A program made the position numbers and the translations under genes. Positions 49,438-61,800 of a stretch of 64,000 bases of DNA are shown piece after piece. Source of the DNA: Candidatus Neptunichlamydia sp. (GTDB lineage: Bacteria; Chlamydiota; Chlamydiia; Chlamydiales; Simkaniaceae); assembly GCA_965233865.1 (NCBI GenBank), contig OZ247587.1, positions 416,001 through 480,000 on the forward strand, in the 5' to 3' direction. Each line of letters starts with the position of its first letter. Within the stretch, counting starts at the first letter, position 1. A model generated the notes under the pieces. It was given only the letters and a program-made list of their open reading frames with translations, ran no database searches and was not told where the DNA came from.

Positions 49438-50738
49438 GAGATCATTCGTTTTATATCTGAAAGAGGAAGGAGAAATCCGTCCTCTTTTTTTTCGATTCCA
49501 GCCTTTACCCGTTTTACACTTGTCATAACTGTTGAATGATCTCGAGAAAAGAGGCGCCCAATCTTCAAAAAGGGCATATTCAGGTATTTTCGGCAGAGGT
49601 ACATCGCAATCTGTCTTGGAAGAGCTTGCTCTTTTCTTTGTCCTTTTCCTAAGATATCCTCTATTTTGATTCCAAAGGTGTTGGCGACGATTTTTAGGAC
49701 TTTCTCAGGAGTGAGGAGGGTTTTATTTTCCTTTTCTAACAGGTCTTTGAGGTAATATTTGGCAATTTCTAAGTCTGGTGGGGTTTTTGCGTGAGGGAGG
49801 CGGAGTGCTAGAGCCTCTAGCGCTTGAATAAGTGAGTGGAGGTTTTTGAATGAGTGCAGAAGAAACTCGATCAAAGGGGGATTAATCGGAAAAGTAAGAG
49901 CATCGGCGCGTTTTTCTAAAATTTCTTTTTTTATAACCTCGCTTGGGTGCGTGACTGAGAGAGTAATTCCCCATTCGAAGCGGCTAATAAGGCGGTCTTC
50001 TATTTCCTCTAGAAAACGAGGAGGGACATTCGATCCTAGAATAATCTGAAAACCTGTTGTATGGAGGCGATTAAACGTGTGGAATAGCTCCTCCTGTGTT
50101 GCAGTTTTCCGTGAAAAAAGTTGGACGTCATCAATAATAAGAACTTCAATATCACGGTAGGTCTTTCGAAATTCTTGAAGAGATGCCGAGCGAAAAGCGC
50201 GAATAACGTGCTCTGTAAAGGTATCAGCACGGACGTAACAATATTTTTTTCCCATTTCATGAAAAGCTTGAGCTGCAGCCATTAAAAGGTGAGATTTACC
50301 ACTTCCTTTTGGTCCATAAATGTAAACTGGATTGTAATTCCCAAAAGCAAGCTTTCCGTTAAGAAGCTCTTTAATAATGTTGTAGGCAAGATTCTCTTCA
50401 GATGAGGGGATAAAATTATCAAATGTTGCATGAGGTTCAAGAGAATTAGGTGCAAAAGGGTTGTTTTTCTTTGGAGTGTCAATTTCTTTCACATTATAGG
50501 GATTCCCCCCAATTAAGAAATGAACTTTAATAGGCCGTCCACTCCCTGTTAAAAACTTGCGGGGAAGGAGAGGAAAAACATACTCCTTAAACCAATTGAT
50601 CTGGAAAGAGTCTACAGCGTCTAAAAAAATATTTCCGGCATCAAATTTCACCACTTTGAGTGTGCGGAGCCATTTATCAACCGTATCTGTTCCTAACTCT
50701 CTATCTAGCTGTTTTAGGAAATTACTCCACTGATTCAT
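49434..50738 (-). CDS. dnaA: Chromosomal replication initiator DnaA (yidC-linked chlamydial paralog)
   Basis: YNPVYIYGPKGSGKSHL, IDDVQ, QEELFHTFN, RDHSTV. Confidence 0.95.
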   Translation of the reverse strand: MNQWSNFLKQLDRELGTDTVDKWLRTLKVVKFDAGNIFLDAVDSFQINWFKEYVFPLLPRKFLTGSGRPIKVHFLIGGNPYNVKEIDTPKKNNPFAPNSLEPHATFDNFIPSSEENLAYNIIKELLNGKLAFGNYNPVYIYGPKGSGKSHLLMAAAQAFHEMGKKYCYVRADTFTEHVIRAFRSASLQEFRKTYRDIEVLIIDDVQLFSRKTATQEELFHTFNRLHTTGFQIILGSNVPPRFLEEIEDRLISRFEWGITLSVTHPSEVIKKEILEKRADALTFPINPPLIEFLLHSFKNLHSLIQALEALALRLPHAKTPPDLEIAKYYLKDLLEKENKTLLTPEKVLKIVANTFGIKIEDILGKGQRKEQALPRQIAMYLCRKYLNMPFLKIGRLFSRDHSTVMTSVKRVKAGIEKKEDGFLLPLSDIKRMIS

Positions 50739-50751
50739 TTACCTAAACGCG

Positions 50752-53174
50752 TCATTTTTTTTTTGGCTCTACAAGGAATTCTCTCGAATCTTTACTGGGC
50801 TTTAACTTTCTCTGTGACATGTACCATTGCTGCACAATCTGCAGTAGCATTGAAGAAAGCCAGTAAAGGTTCAATCCAGATGGGAATTTATAAAAAAGGA
50901 GAGGGAAAATAAGAGTCATGATCATTCCCATCTTTTGCTGTTGCTGCTGTTGATCTGAAATCTGTCCTTTTTTCTTATTTTGAGCTTGCCCCAGTTTTTG
51001 CTGGAAGAACATGACTATTCCAAGAAGAATAGGGAGAGCGTGCAGTGAGGTTCCAATGAACGGAATAGGATACCCCCATGAAAACACTACATCAGGAGCT
51101 GTTAAATTATCGATCCATCCAGGAATAAAGCTCGCTCCTCTAAGAGGAAAAACCGATTTTAGGAGGTCAAACATTCCAAATAGGAACGGCATCTGAATGA
51201 TAAGAGGGAGACATCCTCCAAGAGGATTGATCTTATGCTCTTTATAGAAGGTCATCATCTCCATTTGAGCTTGCTTTGGATCTTTGGCTTTTTTCTGCTT
51301 TTCCTTCATTTTTTCGAGCTTTGGTCCAAGCTCCTGCATCTTCAGTGTCGACTTAATCGACCAAGCGTTTAGTGGGTACATCATGACCCTAAGGACAACT
51401 GTTAATAAAATGATCGAGAATCCCCATGACTCAGTGACTGAATAAAAGAAGTTCATAATGAAGTAGAGAAATTTTGCAAAGGGCTCAGAAATAAAGGAAA
51501 ACCATCCATGAAAGCTACGCGTTTGCGTGTAGTTGGGATTATATCCTGTAACAGGATTTGTGTAGGTGTCATCGACTTTTTGCAAGATCTGTTTTTCAAT
51601 CGGACCTGCGTAAAGACGGAAGTTCATTGGTTGTGACGAGCGTCTGAGGGGAATATGCACTTCATACCCTGGATATTTACTCGTAGGGTAGAGATCGTGA
51701 ACTGAATCGATAACCACGATTCTTGATGGATCAATGTTTCCGGGAACATTATTGGCTTGGAAACCCATTCCTACTTCTGTTAGGGGATCCATAATCAACG
51801 TAAAATAACCATTAGAATTTGCTATCCAGTCAGGTTGAAAAGAGCTCATTGTTGTTGAGGTTTTGGAAGGGATAGTTTTTCTACAACGGGTTTGCTATTT
51901 CGAACAGTACTGTACTTAATAATTGGAGCAGGGCTTCCAGAAATAAGCTCGACTTCAGGAACTCCTGATCCAACCCAAAGACCTCTAGAATCTCCTTCGA
52001 CCTTAATAGAGACGTTTAGGCAATAAGGAGCATCGTTGCCTTCTTCAGGGAAGGTATAAGTCTTAATGATGCGTCTGTTGGGAAAATTTGCTTCAAACTG
52101 AATCATTTTATCATCAAAACGGAGGAGCTTATAAAATGTCTGAGAGGTTTCTGAGTCTTCAGAAATTGTATTAAATGCGTAGTACTGTGGGGAGAGAGAA
52201 TGAGGGGGATATCCACTGTCTTTTTTAATTCCTCTTCGAAGTAGGGGGTAGTAACCACCTAGAACAGGATTTTTTATAATTGTTTGACCTGACGGATCTA
52301 CTGCATGATAAGAATGGTTAGGGAACATCCCATTACTAGGATAACTTTTGTCAATCGTGCGGTCAAAACCTATTGGCAACACGATGCTTTCGCTATCATT
52401 TTCGCTTTTGAAAGGAAGGTTAATTTCAGCAATTGCTCCTCCTAAATTGGAGAAGACGACTTGCATTGTATCGTTTTCTAGGACGAAATACTCTTGATTG
52501 CCAAAATCTTCTTTAGGAAACGATTCCATTCGATAATTGACCAAGTCAGCAAAGTGCTCAAGTTTTGAAAGCGGAGAGAAAGAGCCGGATCGCTTTTCAT
52601 AGATTCCAACAGGTAAATAAGCATCTTCTAAACGATAGAGGACGATTCCATTTGCTTGAGGAAGGAAGGAAGGAAAAAACAGTTGACCCTCATCATATTC
52701 TCCTAGAACAACCAATGGATTCAGTTCATCAGATATCGAAACTACCTGAACGTCATGCATTCCCATTTGGGGAAGGTATGTTGAATCGATTTCAGGCTTC
52801 CCCCCAGTGTTGTATAGTGCAAAATGGTCATTGGTTTTAAGCAAGTGAGCGGCCTTTCCATCTACATAGAGAATCTCGGCCCATTTTCCTGCCCAGGAGG
52901 GTGAAAGATATAACCCATTGCCACAAGCAACAACCCAAGTCAACGGCTGCTTTTCATTGATATCGGTAAACGCTCGAAAAAGAGGAAGCTCTTTGGCAGA
53001 GGCTGTTCTTTCTTTGACATTGATTTCATGATCAAATTTTTTCTCCTCAGTCATCACTTGCTGTTTTTGTTGGTATGCATCATATTCCGCTTGCTTCTTG
53101 GAAGTAAAATATTGATTCACAAAGAATAAGATCACTGACATTGAGATGACAAAGAGGAAGAAACGTTTATTCAT
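50752..53174 (-). CDS. yidC: Membrane protein insertase YidC, split into two ORFs (53174-51846 and 51849-50752) by a 1-nt frameshift
   Basis: WGFSIILLTV.LR, NPLGGCLP..IQMP, WIDNLTAPD, PSGLNLYW in the second ORF; LENDTMQVVFSNLGG in the first; adding one A near 51861-51864 joins them. Confidence 0.9.
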
Positions 53175-53480
53175 AATGGGGTAAACCTTGATTTTTGATA
53201 AACGCCGATCATATCAAAAAAAAGAAAATTAATAAAGCTCAATACGCGACATGCACCAAAATAGTTTTTTTGGGAATTGGGCACGATGCGGGAGTTCTTG
53301 ATCATAAAGTGGGTTGTAATTTAAATTTGCGTTATGAAAATTTTATCGCGACTTCTCTTAACGTTTTGCTGTCTTGGCAAAACTTAAATTTTCTGTGCTT
53401 CGGGTCAACAGTACCTTTTTTCTAAAATCTAATGAATACGTCATTCAAAAAAGTATAACTAAAACAAAATATTTTAGCTA

Positions 53481-53592
53481 TATAACAATAAGAGAAGGCA
53501 TTCAACATTGGGATATTTGAGCCCGGTGAAATTTGAAGAAAAACATGAGAATAGTCTATGTTAAAAGTGTCTACAGAAACGGGGGAAGATCA
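53481..53592 (+). mobile_element. IS3-family 3' remnant (same element as 26749-26890)
   Basis: YNNKRRHSTLGYLSPVKFEEKHENSLC* and terminal TGTCTACAGAAACGGGGGAAGATCA. Confidence 0.85.
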
Positions 53593-53648
53593 GTTGTTGA
53601 AAGGGTCCTTAAAAGCTCTGCATGTCCTGTCTGGATCTGCTTTAGCGC

Positions 53649-54644
53649 TCACTGAAACTCTTTTATAAGGTGGCATGCAACGCTGTGTCCAGGGGAAACA
53701 GTGCGGAGAAATGGACGTTTTTGGAGGCAAATGGGTTTGACCTTTGGACACCGGGTGCAGAAAACACATCCTTTTGGAGGGTTAATAGGGGAGGGGACTT
53801 CCCCAGTAAGAAGAATACGGGTACGTTTTTTTTCAATGAAAGGATCGGGAATAGGGATTGCAGATAAGAGCCCTTGGGTGTAGGGATGTTGAGGGGTTTT
53901 ATAGAGATCGGCACTAGGTGCAAGCTCCATACAGTGACCCAAGTACATCACAACAACACGTGTTGAAAGATATTTAACCATGGCCAGATCATGGGAAATA
54001 AAAAGATATGTGAGACCCATTTCCTCTTGCAAATATCTTAGAAGGTTAATGATCTGAGCTTGGATTGAAACATCAAGGGCTGCAATAGGCTCGTCGCAAA
54101 CAATGAAGCGGGGATTGAGAGCGAGTGAGCGAGCAATTCCAATCCGTTGCCGCTGCCCTCCACTAAACTCATGAGGGAAGCGACTCATATACTCAGGGCG
54201 AAGTCCGACAAGCTCAAGGAGTTCTTGGACACGTTTTTGTTTTCCATAGGAGTTTAATATGTTATGGATAGTAAGAGGCTCTGAAATAATCTCACCAGCA
54301 GTCATTCGGGGATTTAAAGATGTAAAGGGATCTTGAAAAATATATTGCATATCGTGGCGGAGTGCTTTGATCGCTTTTCCTTTATATTTAAGGATGCTCT
54401 CTCCCTTAAAAAAGATGTCGCCACTACTGGGCTCATATAGACGCATAAGGGCTCTTGCAAGAACCGTTTTTCCACACCCACTTTCTCCAACAAGGCCAAG
54501 AGTCTCTTGAGGAAAAACATCAAAGGAGATTCCATCAACGGCGCGCACAATCTTTCCTTTATGTTCAAAGTGTTTTTTTAGATTCTTTACTTGAAGAAGA
54601 GGCTTTGTCACTTTAAATCTCCTGTCTCTGTATTCGAGGGTCAA
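53649..54644 (-). CDS. oppF: Oligopeptide ABC transporter ATP-binding protein
   Basis: GESGCGKT, PHEFSGGQRQR, CDEP, HPYT, C-terminal Cys cluster. Confidence 0.9.
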   Translation of the reverse strand: MTLEYRDRRFKVTKPLLQVKNLKKHFEHKGKIVRAVDGISFDVFPQETLGLVGESGCGKTVLARALMRLYEPSSGDIFFKGESILKYKGKAIKALRHDMQYIFQDPFTSLNPRMTAGEIISEPLTIHNILNSYGKQKRVQELLELVGLRPEYMSRFPHEFSGGQRQRIGIARSLALNPRFIVCDEPIAALDVSIQAQIINLLRYLQEEMGLTYLFISHDLAMVKYLSTRVVVMYLGHCMELAPSADLYKTPQHPYTQGLLSAIPIPDPFIEKKRTRILLTGEVPSPINPPKGCVFCTRCPKVKPICLQKRPFLRTVSPGHSVACHLIKEFQ

Positions 54645-55608
54645 ACAGCCAACAGGCAGTATGATGATTTTTCGAGACTTCTATGGATGAAGGACAGGCA
54701 TCATGACACAGTTTCATTGCATGGGGACATCTCTGAGCAAAAGCACACCCTTTGATTTTATAGGAGGGGTCAGGGGGGGATCCATGGATGGAATAAAGCT
54801 GGCGCAAGGGGGGAAGATCAAGGCGTGGAATGGAGTTTAAAAGGCGGCGAGTATAAGGGTGTTTTGGGGATCTAAAGAGTTCTTCAACAGAAGAGCTTTC
54901 AACAATCTTTCCTGCGTACATTACAACAACACGATCGCAAAATCCAGCAACAATGCTGAAATCATGAGTAATCAGGATGATACTCATTTGTTCTTTTTTT
55001 TGAATCTCCTTCAAAAGGCCTAGAATTTGTGCTTGTATGGCTACATCAAGTGCAGTTGTGGGTTCATCAGCAATGAGAATTTTAGGTGATGAAATCATGG
55101 CAATTGCAATCATTGTCCGTTGCCGCATTCCTCCACTAAGCTCATAAGGGAACTGGGTAAGGCGCATTTCTGAGTCTGAAACCCCAACTCTTTTTAAGAG
55201 TTTAATCGCGCGTATTTTCATCTCTTTTTTTGAAGCTGATGGGTGATGGAGGGCATACCCTTCTATGATCTGATCACCGATTCGCATAGTGGGATTAAGA
55301 GAGGTCATGGGATCTTGAAAAATCATTCCAATTTCCTTTCCCCGAATTTTTCTAAGCTCTCTTTCTTTTTTTAGGAGAAGGTTTTCCCCCTTATAGTAAA
55401 TTTCCCCCTTGTCGATGCGTGAAGAAATGGAAGGAAGAAGTCGGGTAATGCTCTTTGCCATTACGGATTTTCCACATCCCGATTCACCAACAATTCCCAG
55501 TGTTTCTCCCTCCTTTAGCTCAAAGTCAACGCCTCGAACAGCAAAGACTTTTTTAGAGAGAGTCGAAAAGGAAGTATGGAGGTTTTTCACTTCTAAGAAT
55601 TTTTTCAT
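54613..55608 (-). CDS. oppD: Oligopeptide ABC transporter ATP-binding protein
   Basis: GESGCGKS, FQDPMTSLNP, LSGGMRQR, ADEPTTALD. Confidence 0.92.
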   Translation of the reverse strand: MKKFLEVKNLHTSFSTLSKKVFAVRGVDFELKEGETLGIVGESGCGKSVMAKSITRLLPSISSRIDKGEIYYKGENLLLKKERELRKIRGKEIGMIFQDPMTSLNPTMRIGDQIIEGYALHHPSASKKEMKIRAIKLLKRVGVSDSEMRLTQFPYELSGGMRQRTMIAIAMISSPKILIADEPTTALDVAIQAQILGLLKEIQKKEQMSIILITHDFSIVAGFCDRVVVMYAGKIVESSSVEELFRSPKHPYTRRLLNSIPRLDLPPLRQLYSIHGSPPDPSYKIKGCAFAQRCPHAMKLCHDACPSSIEVSKNHHTACWLFDPRIQRQEI

Positions 55609-56510
55609 GTACGAAGCCTTGGGTCGAATGCATCTCGAATACCGTCACCCAGCAAGTTAAGGGCCAGTATTGTAATACTGATAAACCCTGCAGGAAAAAA
55701 GAGTCTCCAGGGATAATATTGAAGTGCTGAAAGACCCTCGCTGGCCATTGTTCCCCAGCTAGCTATTGGGGCTTGCACCCCAAGCCCTAAAAAGCTTAAG
55801 AAAGCCTCGGCAAAGATTGCAGTAGGGATGGTGAGAGTCATCGTTGTAATGATCGATCCGATCGAATTGGGGATAAGGTGGCGAAACAGAACTCTCCATC
55901 TACTCGCTCCTAGTATATAGGCGGCCATCACAAAGTCATTTTGCTTTATTTGAAGAATTTGTGCGCGCACAATACGGGCCATATTGATCCATCCAGTAAT
56001 TGTGAGGGCTATCAATATTGTTGTGACTCCAGGTTTCATAATGACCATTAAAAGAATTACGATGAGGAGATGGGGAAGAGAGTGTAGAATATCGGTCAGG
56101 CGCATCATAAACTCTTCTAGCTTTCCTCCAACCATTCCAGCAAAGGCCCCATAGAAGACTCCAATGACCATATCGATTACTGCAGCGGTAATACCAACAA
56201 AAAGAGAGATTCGGGCTCCCCACCAGATGCGGGTAAAAAGATCGCGCCCAAGCTCATCAGTTCCAAACCAAAAGGTAGCACAGGGAGCATTGTTTTTGAG
56301 GGCTAGATGGGTCTCATAATAGGTATGAGGACTGAAGAAAGGGACGATGATCGCAGAGCCAATCATGATGACTAAGACGGTCAGACCAAAAATTGCAGGG
56401 CGGTTTGATTGAAGACGGATCCAAGCATCTTTCCAGTAGGAGACCCCCTTTTCTGGGAGAGATTCAGCGAATGGTGGTGGGGTTGCTATGAGTACGTCTG
56501 ATTCCTTCAC
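55605..56510 (-). CDS. oppC: Oligopeptide ABC transporter permease
   Basis: SYWKDAW, FGTDELGRD, EAFLSFLGLG. Confidence 0.92.
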   Translation of the reverse strand: MKESDVLIATPPPFAESLPEKGVSYWKDAWIRLQSNRPAIFGLTVLVIMIGSAIIVPFFSPHTYYETHLALKNNAPCATFWFGTDELGRDLFTRIWWGARISLFVGITAAVIDMVIGVFYGAFAGMVGGKLEEFMMRLTDILHSLPHLLIVILLMVIMKPGVTTILIALTITGWINMARIVRAQILQIKQNDFVMAAYILGASRWRVLFRHLIPNSIGSIITTMTLTIPTAIFAEAFLSFLGLGVQAPIASWGTMASEGLSALQYYPWRLFFPAGFISITILALNLLGDGIRDAFDPRLRT

Positions 56511-57448
56511 GCTTCCACCTTTTTTTGATTTTCAAAACGCATTCGGGGATCGATTATTGTGTACATTAGGTCCACGGCTAAGACGCATAGCATCAGTAAT
56601 GCGCTGTAGAAAACAGTAACACCCATAATCACTGTATAATCTCGATTTGTAATGCTGTTTACAAACCATCCTCCTAGTCCAGGGATTCCAAAAATCTTTT
56701 CCACTATAAAACTCCCTGTAAGAATCGCACTGGTCAAAGGCCCTAAATAGGTGAGCACTGGAAAGAGACTATTTTTCAAAACATGCTTAAGAACAACCTG
56801 ACGGGTTGACAATCCTTTTGATCGAGCGGTTTGAACATAGTCCTGCTCTAAAACCTCAACCATATTTGCCCGTGTTAGTCGGGCTATAAAAGCAGTGGGC
56901 AAGGCTGCCAGAGAGAGAGCAGGCAGGATTGAGTGAACAAGGGAGCCCCAACGAGCAACAGGAAGAAGGTCCATTTTCATGGAGAAGAGATATTGCAAAA
57001 AAGTTGCCATGATAAAGTTAGGAACGGATATTCCCACAACAGCAAGGATCATTGCTAAACTATCCTGCCATCTTGAGCGTTTTACAGCGGCAAGTGTTCC
57101 TAAAATGATTCCTGAAAAAAGGGCAATTGTGACCGCTTCAAGGCCTAAAATAAAAGAAACGGGGAAACCCTCTCGAATGATGTCATTTACTGTTCTCCCT
57201 TCATATTTGAATGAGGGACCGAGATTCCACGTAACAAGGCCCTTAAGGTATTTGAGATATTGGATGTACCAAGGTTGATCCAAGCCATAATGAGCATACA
57301 TACTCTTCATGATCTCTTCAGGAATTGCTTGCTCTTGCATAAACGGATCACCAGGAGCCGCTTGCATTAGAAAAAAGGTCGCGGTTGCTACAATGAACAA
57401 GGAGAGAATCAAAAGAAAAAATTTTCGAACAAAATATGTGTGTTTCAT
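56507..57448 (-). CDS. oppB: Oligopeptide ABC transporter permease
   Basis: APGDPF, YGLDQP, TARSKGL, NRDY, IDPR. Confidence 0.92.
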   Translation of the reverse strand: MKHTYFVRKFFLLILSLFIVATATFFLMQAAPGDPFMQEQAIPEEIMKSMYAHYGLDQPWYIQYLKYLKGLVTWNLGPSFKYEGRTVNDIIREGFPVSFILGLEAVTIALFSGIILGTLAAVKRSRWQDSLAMILAVVGISVPNFIMATFLQYLFSMKMDLLPVARWGSLVHSILPALSLAALPTAFIARLTRANMVEVLEQDYVQTARSKGLSTRQVVLKHVLKNSLFPVLTYLGPLTSAILTGSFIVEKIFGIPGLGGWFVNSITNRDYTVIMGVTVFYSALLMLCVLAVDLMYTIIDPRMRFENQKKVEA

Positions 57449-57580
57449 TAAATTTAGTGTTTGGCCTCTAATCTTATGTGAGTCCCAATAAATTTAAGGG
57501 GTACTTGGAATTTTGTCAAAGATTGCAAAATTTTCGATTATAGAATATAATGGTGTAAATTATTGAAAGGAGACCTCCCT

Positions 57581-58636
57581 ATGGATTATGCAGAAATTGA
57601 ATCTCTTCTTGGTTCTAAAGGAAAATTGCTTCTAGAGCATTCCTGTAAAACCCTTTCTAAGAAAGAATTACATCTACCAGGTTCTGATTGGGTCGATCGA
57701 ATTTTTGCTGGAAGTGACCGTTCCATTCGTGTGCTTCAGAGCATGCAAGAAATCCTCTCTCATGGAAGCCTTGCTAATACAGGGTATATTTCGATCCTTC
57801 CTGTAGATCAAGGAATTGAGCATACTGCGGGTTCTTCCTTTGCCCCGAACCCTGCTTACTTTGATCCTGAAAACATTATCAAACTTGCGATAGAGGGGGG
57901 ATGTAATGCTGTTGCAACGACCTTGGGCGTTCTAGGCTCTGTGGCTCGAAAATATGCTCACAAGATTCCATTCGTCTTGAAATTTAATCATAACGAACTC
58001 ATGACTTATCCCAATACCTATGGTCAAATCCCATTTTCTTCGATTGATAAGGCCTATGACATGGGATGCCGCGCTGTTGGAGCAACGATTTATTTTGGAT
58101 CTCCTGAAAGTGACCGCCAAATTATTGAAGTGGCACAGGCTTTCGAGCATGCTCACGAACTGGGAATGGTCACTATTCTTTGGTGCTATCTCCGCAATCC
58201 TGCTTTTAAGACTGATAAAGAGGATTATCACAACGCTGCAGATCTCACTGGGCAAGCAAATCATCTTGGAGTTACGATTGAAGCGGATATTATCAAGCAG
58301 AAATCTCCTACCTGCAACGGGGGATTTAAAGCCCTTAAGTTTGGAAAGGCAACAGAAAAAATGTATACTGAACTTTCTTCTGATCATCCTATTGACCTGA
58401 CCCGTTATCAAGTGATAAATAATTATATGGGGCGTATGGGGCTTATCAATTCAGGGGGAGCCTCAGGGGAAAATGATCTTGAATCAGCCGTTGAAACAGC
58501 CGTGGTTAATAAGCGCGCTGGCGGAATGGGGCTCATCTCGGGACGTAAGGCTTTTCAAAAACCTATGAAAGATGGTGTTAAGCTTCTTCATGCGATTCAA
58601 GACGTTTACCTTTGTGATAAAATCACCGTAGCCTAA
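57581..58636 (+). CDS. fbaB: Class I fructose-bisphosphate aldolase (DhnA type)
   Basis: [36 protein letters not shown] before ATG 57581. Confidence 0.95.
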   Translation: MDYAEIESLLGSKGKLLLEHSCKTLSKKELHLPGSDWVDRIFAGSDRSIRVLQSMQEILSHGSLANTGYISILPVDQGIEHTAGSSFAPNPAYFDPENIIKLAIEGGCNAVATTLGVLGSVARKYAHKIPFVLKFNHNELMTYPNTYGQIPFSSIDKAYDMGCRAVGATIYFGSPESDRQIIEVAQAFEHAHELGMVTILWCYLRNPAFKTDKEDYHNAADLTGQANHLGVTIEADIIKQKSPTCNGGFKALKFGKATEKMYTELSSDHPIDLTRYQVINNYMGRMGLINSGGASGENDLESAVETAVVNKRAGGMGLISGRKAFQKPMKDGVKLLHAIQDVYLCDKITVA

Positions 58637-58801
58637 TATTTGAGATAACCTCAAATTAGCTTAGTTTCTGTAGATCCTCTTGAAAGAATGGCCAATAGTC
58701 GAAGATGCTCCAACATGTCTTTAGAATTCTTAAGGCAATTTGAACTGACTTTAATTTTGTATCCCAAGACTCTGGATTTTCCTCCAGTGACTTAGCTCGG
58801 T

Positions 58802-61800
58802 TTATGGTTGAGGTTGCCAAGGAAATGGAATGTTTGGAGGGGGGACGTTAGATTGATCATCAGCAAGGTTTCCGACTGCGCCAAGGACTTGTCCCCAAAT
58901 CCCTGTTTTTGGAGCGATTTGCTTGCGAGCGACAAGGAATGCAATCTTCCCTGTCGCAGCAACTGTGTCGATTTTGACATTGCCAAAAAGGCCTTCAACG
59001 GGAACCTTCAAAACATAGTTATCATCGATTCCTTGGATTCCTAATGCAGAACGGAGTACTGGGGCAGTTAGGCCAAGGGTCATATCAACATAACGCTTTG
59101 GGAAGTTAATGCCTCCCCATAAGCAGATTTGATATGCATTGTTATAGAGAATTTCAGTTCTGTCAACATGCATCTTTCCTCGATTCATATTGAACCCTGC
59201 AGGGGCAAACCAAAGGGAAACGTTTCCTCTGTTTTCGGAGCTAAAAAGCCCCCCTACTTCTGAGGTGCTGCCAGTATTCTTGCAAAGGATCTGGCCGAGA
59301 TCGAGTTGTCCATATTTAAAGCTCATATTTTTTATATGGAGATCTTTTAGAGGAATATTAAATCCCTTATCGTGAATATAGAGAGTGATAGGTTTTTCCA
59401 TCGCCACGACGACCAGCTTGGCACTTTTTTCGAGAACATCATTAAGCTGAGGGGTGATAGTAAAAACTGCTTTGAGTGGGTCTTGAAGATAAAGAATTTC
59501 ATTAGAAATGATTCCAGAAAAATTGGCTCGGCATGCTGATGCGTTAATATCCATCGTGATTTTCCCCTGGCTCTTTTCAACTTCTGCATCAAAAGTAGCA
59601 TTAAACAGATTACCAAGAAATGATGATGGGGGAAAGTCGGAGACCTTGTCAAATTTCGAAAGAGCATCGACAAAAACACTGGGAAGATTTTTGACGCTTG
59701 CATGGATCGATGTAGAGACATCTTTAAAATCAAGGGTTCCAGCGCTTGAGAGAAAATCTGTTATTGTTCCAGAGCCTTGTATCACACCGCTTTTTCTGTC
59801 TCCATCTGGAGATATATCCCCATTAAAATTAAAGGTGAGAGGGTTGTTTCCTGCCCGTTTTTTTGCAATATTGAAATCAAATTTTTCAAGCACAGTAGTA
59901 ACGCCAGTTCTGCTCTGTTTTAATTTGAGATCATTAACCCTCACCTTCGCATCAAAGTGGCTGCCAAAGAGATTGAAATCAAATTTAGGGAACCCTTCGC
60001 TCTGATCCTTTAAAGGAACAGAAAAGGAGGAGATTTGCATTTTAAGCACTCCCAAATCATCATCATCGACAGTAAAAAGTAGATTATTGGACATAATCTG
60101 TTGGTTGGGGTTGCGCCATTTGCGGAAGGCATCGTATGATTTTTCGCTTAAATCCCAGCGAATTTTCAATGGTTTTCGGGGGCTGCGGAGCTCCAAAGTT
60201 TCTCCCACATAAAATGCACCGTCAAGAGTCAGGCCACGGCTTTCTATTTGAATATCGAGGTTTTGCCTTCCCAGAGCTTTTTCCGTTGCATATTTTAACT
60301 CAAGAGTGGGACCGATTAAATCGGGGAGTTGTCCTTGCGTTTTGAAAAAAACATCAGCAATTTGTGAGGAGAAATCGCTTAAAGATGCTCTCATGGTACT
60401 AAGAGAGGATATAAGCTCAGATGTTTTTCCATTTCCAACTAATGTGAGCTCTAGCTTTCCAGCGCTGCTACCATTTTCAAGAGCACTTCCTTCAAAATGG
60501 ACGGTATGTGCATTTTTCTTTCCGTCGAGATCAAAATCCACTTGAACATTTTCAAATGTGAATGGATAGCGATTTAATGGGTTCACCATATCGAGGTTGG
60601 CAATCTTTCCAACTCCTTTTACAGATAGAGATGCCCCCCCCCCTTCCTTTAGAGGGATTTGACTTGGTTTAATTTCTAGCTGAAGAGGGGTTGTTTTAGT
60701 CAATAGAGGGTATTCTCTCTCTTCAGAAAGGATAGGGTTTATTTGTGAGGGCTCCAAAAGAAAATCTATTTGTACTCCTTTTGTCAAAATGAGGGTGCTT
60801 TTCTCTATTGCAGCTGTAATATCTCCTTTAAATTTCCGCCCATCTAGGGAAAGATTAAAGGGTGAAATTTCAAATTCATCACTAACTTTTGTTTTTCCTT
60901 TAGCTTTAACACCTACATTTTTTCCTAAAATCGAATATCCCCATGTTTGATCCTGATAATCGAGAGTTGTGGCTCCATTAAATTGAAAGGCGGATAGAGA
61001 GGTTCCCTTAAGGTTTACACGAAGGGAGGGGAGATTAACATTTCCTAGCGCAAAAAGATCACTTATTTCTATTTGTCCAGAACTGAGATTAAGATCGAAA
61101 TCAGAATCCTTAAAAACAAGCCCTTCTTCGTTTATAGGAATCGAAAGAGCGTTTAACTCTCCTTGTACCTTAAAGAAGCCCGTAAGATTTTTATAGAGAT
61201 TTGGTGTGACTACGTAGGTAAAAGTTGAAGGCTTTGTAAGCTGCGCAACCTCGCTGAGAATAAGGGAAGTGTTTTGCAGGTTTAGAAGAGGAGTTTTTCC
61301 GTTTAAGGTAATGCTGCTTTGGTTTTTAGCAATTTTTCCGGAATAGGTATCTCCAAGATAGACGGCAAGGGAACTACTTAAAAAACTGTCAATAAGGGAC
61401 AGGGGGAGGTCATTAATACTTAAATCAAGAGCTGGATAGGAAGCTTTTTTTAAGATATTTTGGATCGAAAGAGTTCCATTTACAGAAGGTTGGGCCTCTT
61501 TTTGGTATCGCATGGTGCTTTTCAAACTCATTTGAATGAGCTTATTTAATGCTGCTGTTGAAAATTTTGCATTGAGTTCATCAATATTAATAATTCTTTG
61601 AATTTTATTTAAGAGAAGCTGTCCACCAGAAAAATAGAGATTTCCAACAACTGCTGCCTCGCTAAAATCAAAACTGTTTCGAGTCAATGGGAGAGAACCT
61701 TTCTCAAGCCGAATCTCGGTTTGTGCATTATTTTGGAGGGAAATGTTCTCATTGAAGTAGTTAAATAGAAGAGGTTTTAAAGTCAAATCTACTCTTCCTG

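Noticed and set aside
53195..53425. 76-aa ORF upstream of yidC
   Set aside because: TTG start without RBS, no motif, lies in a degraded intergenic region
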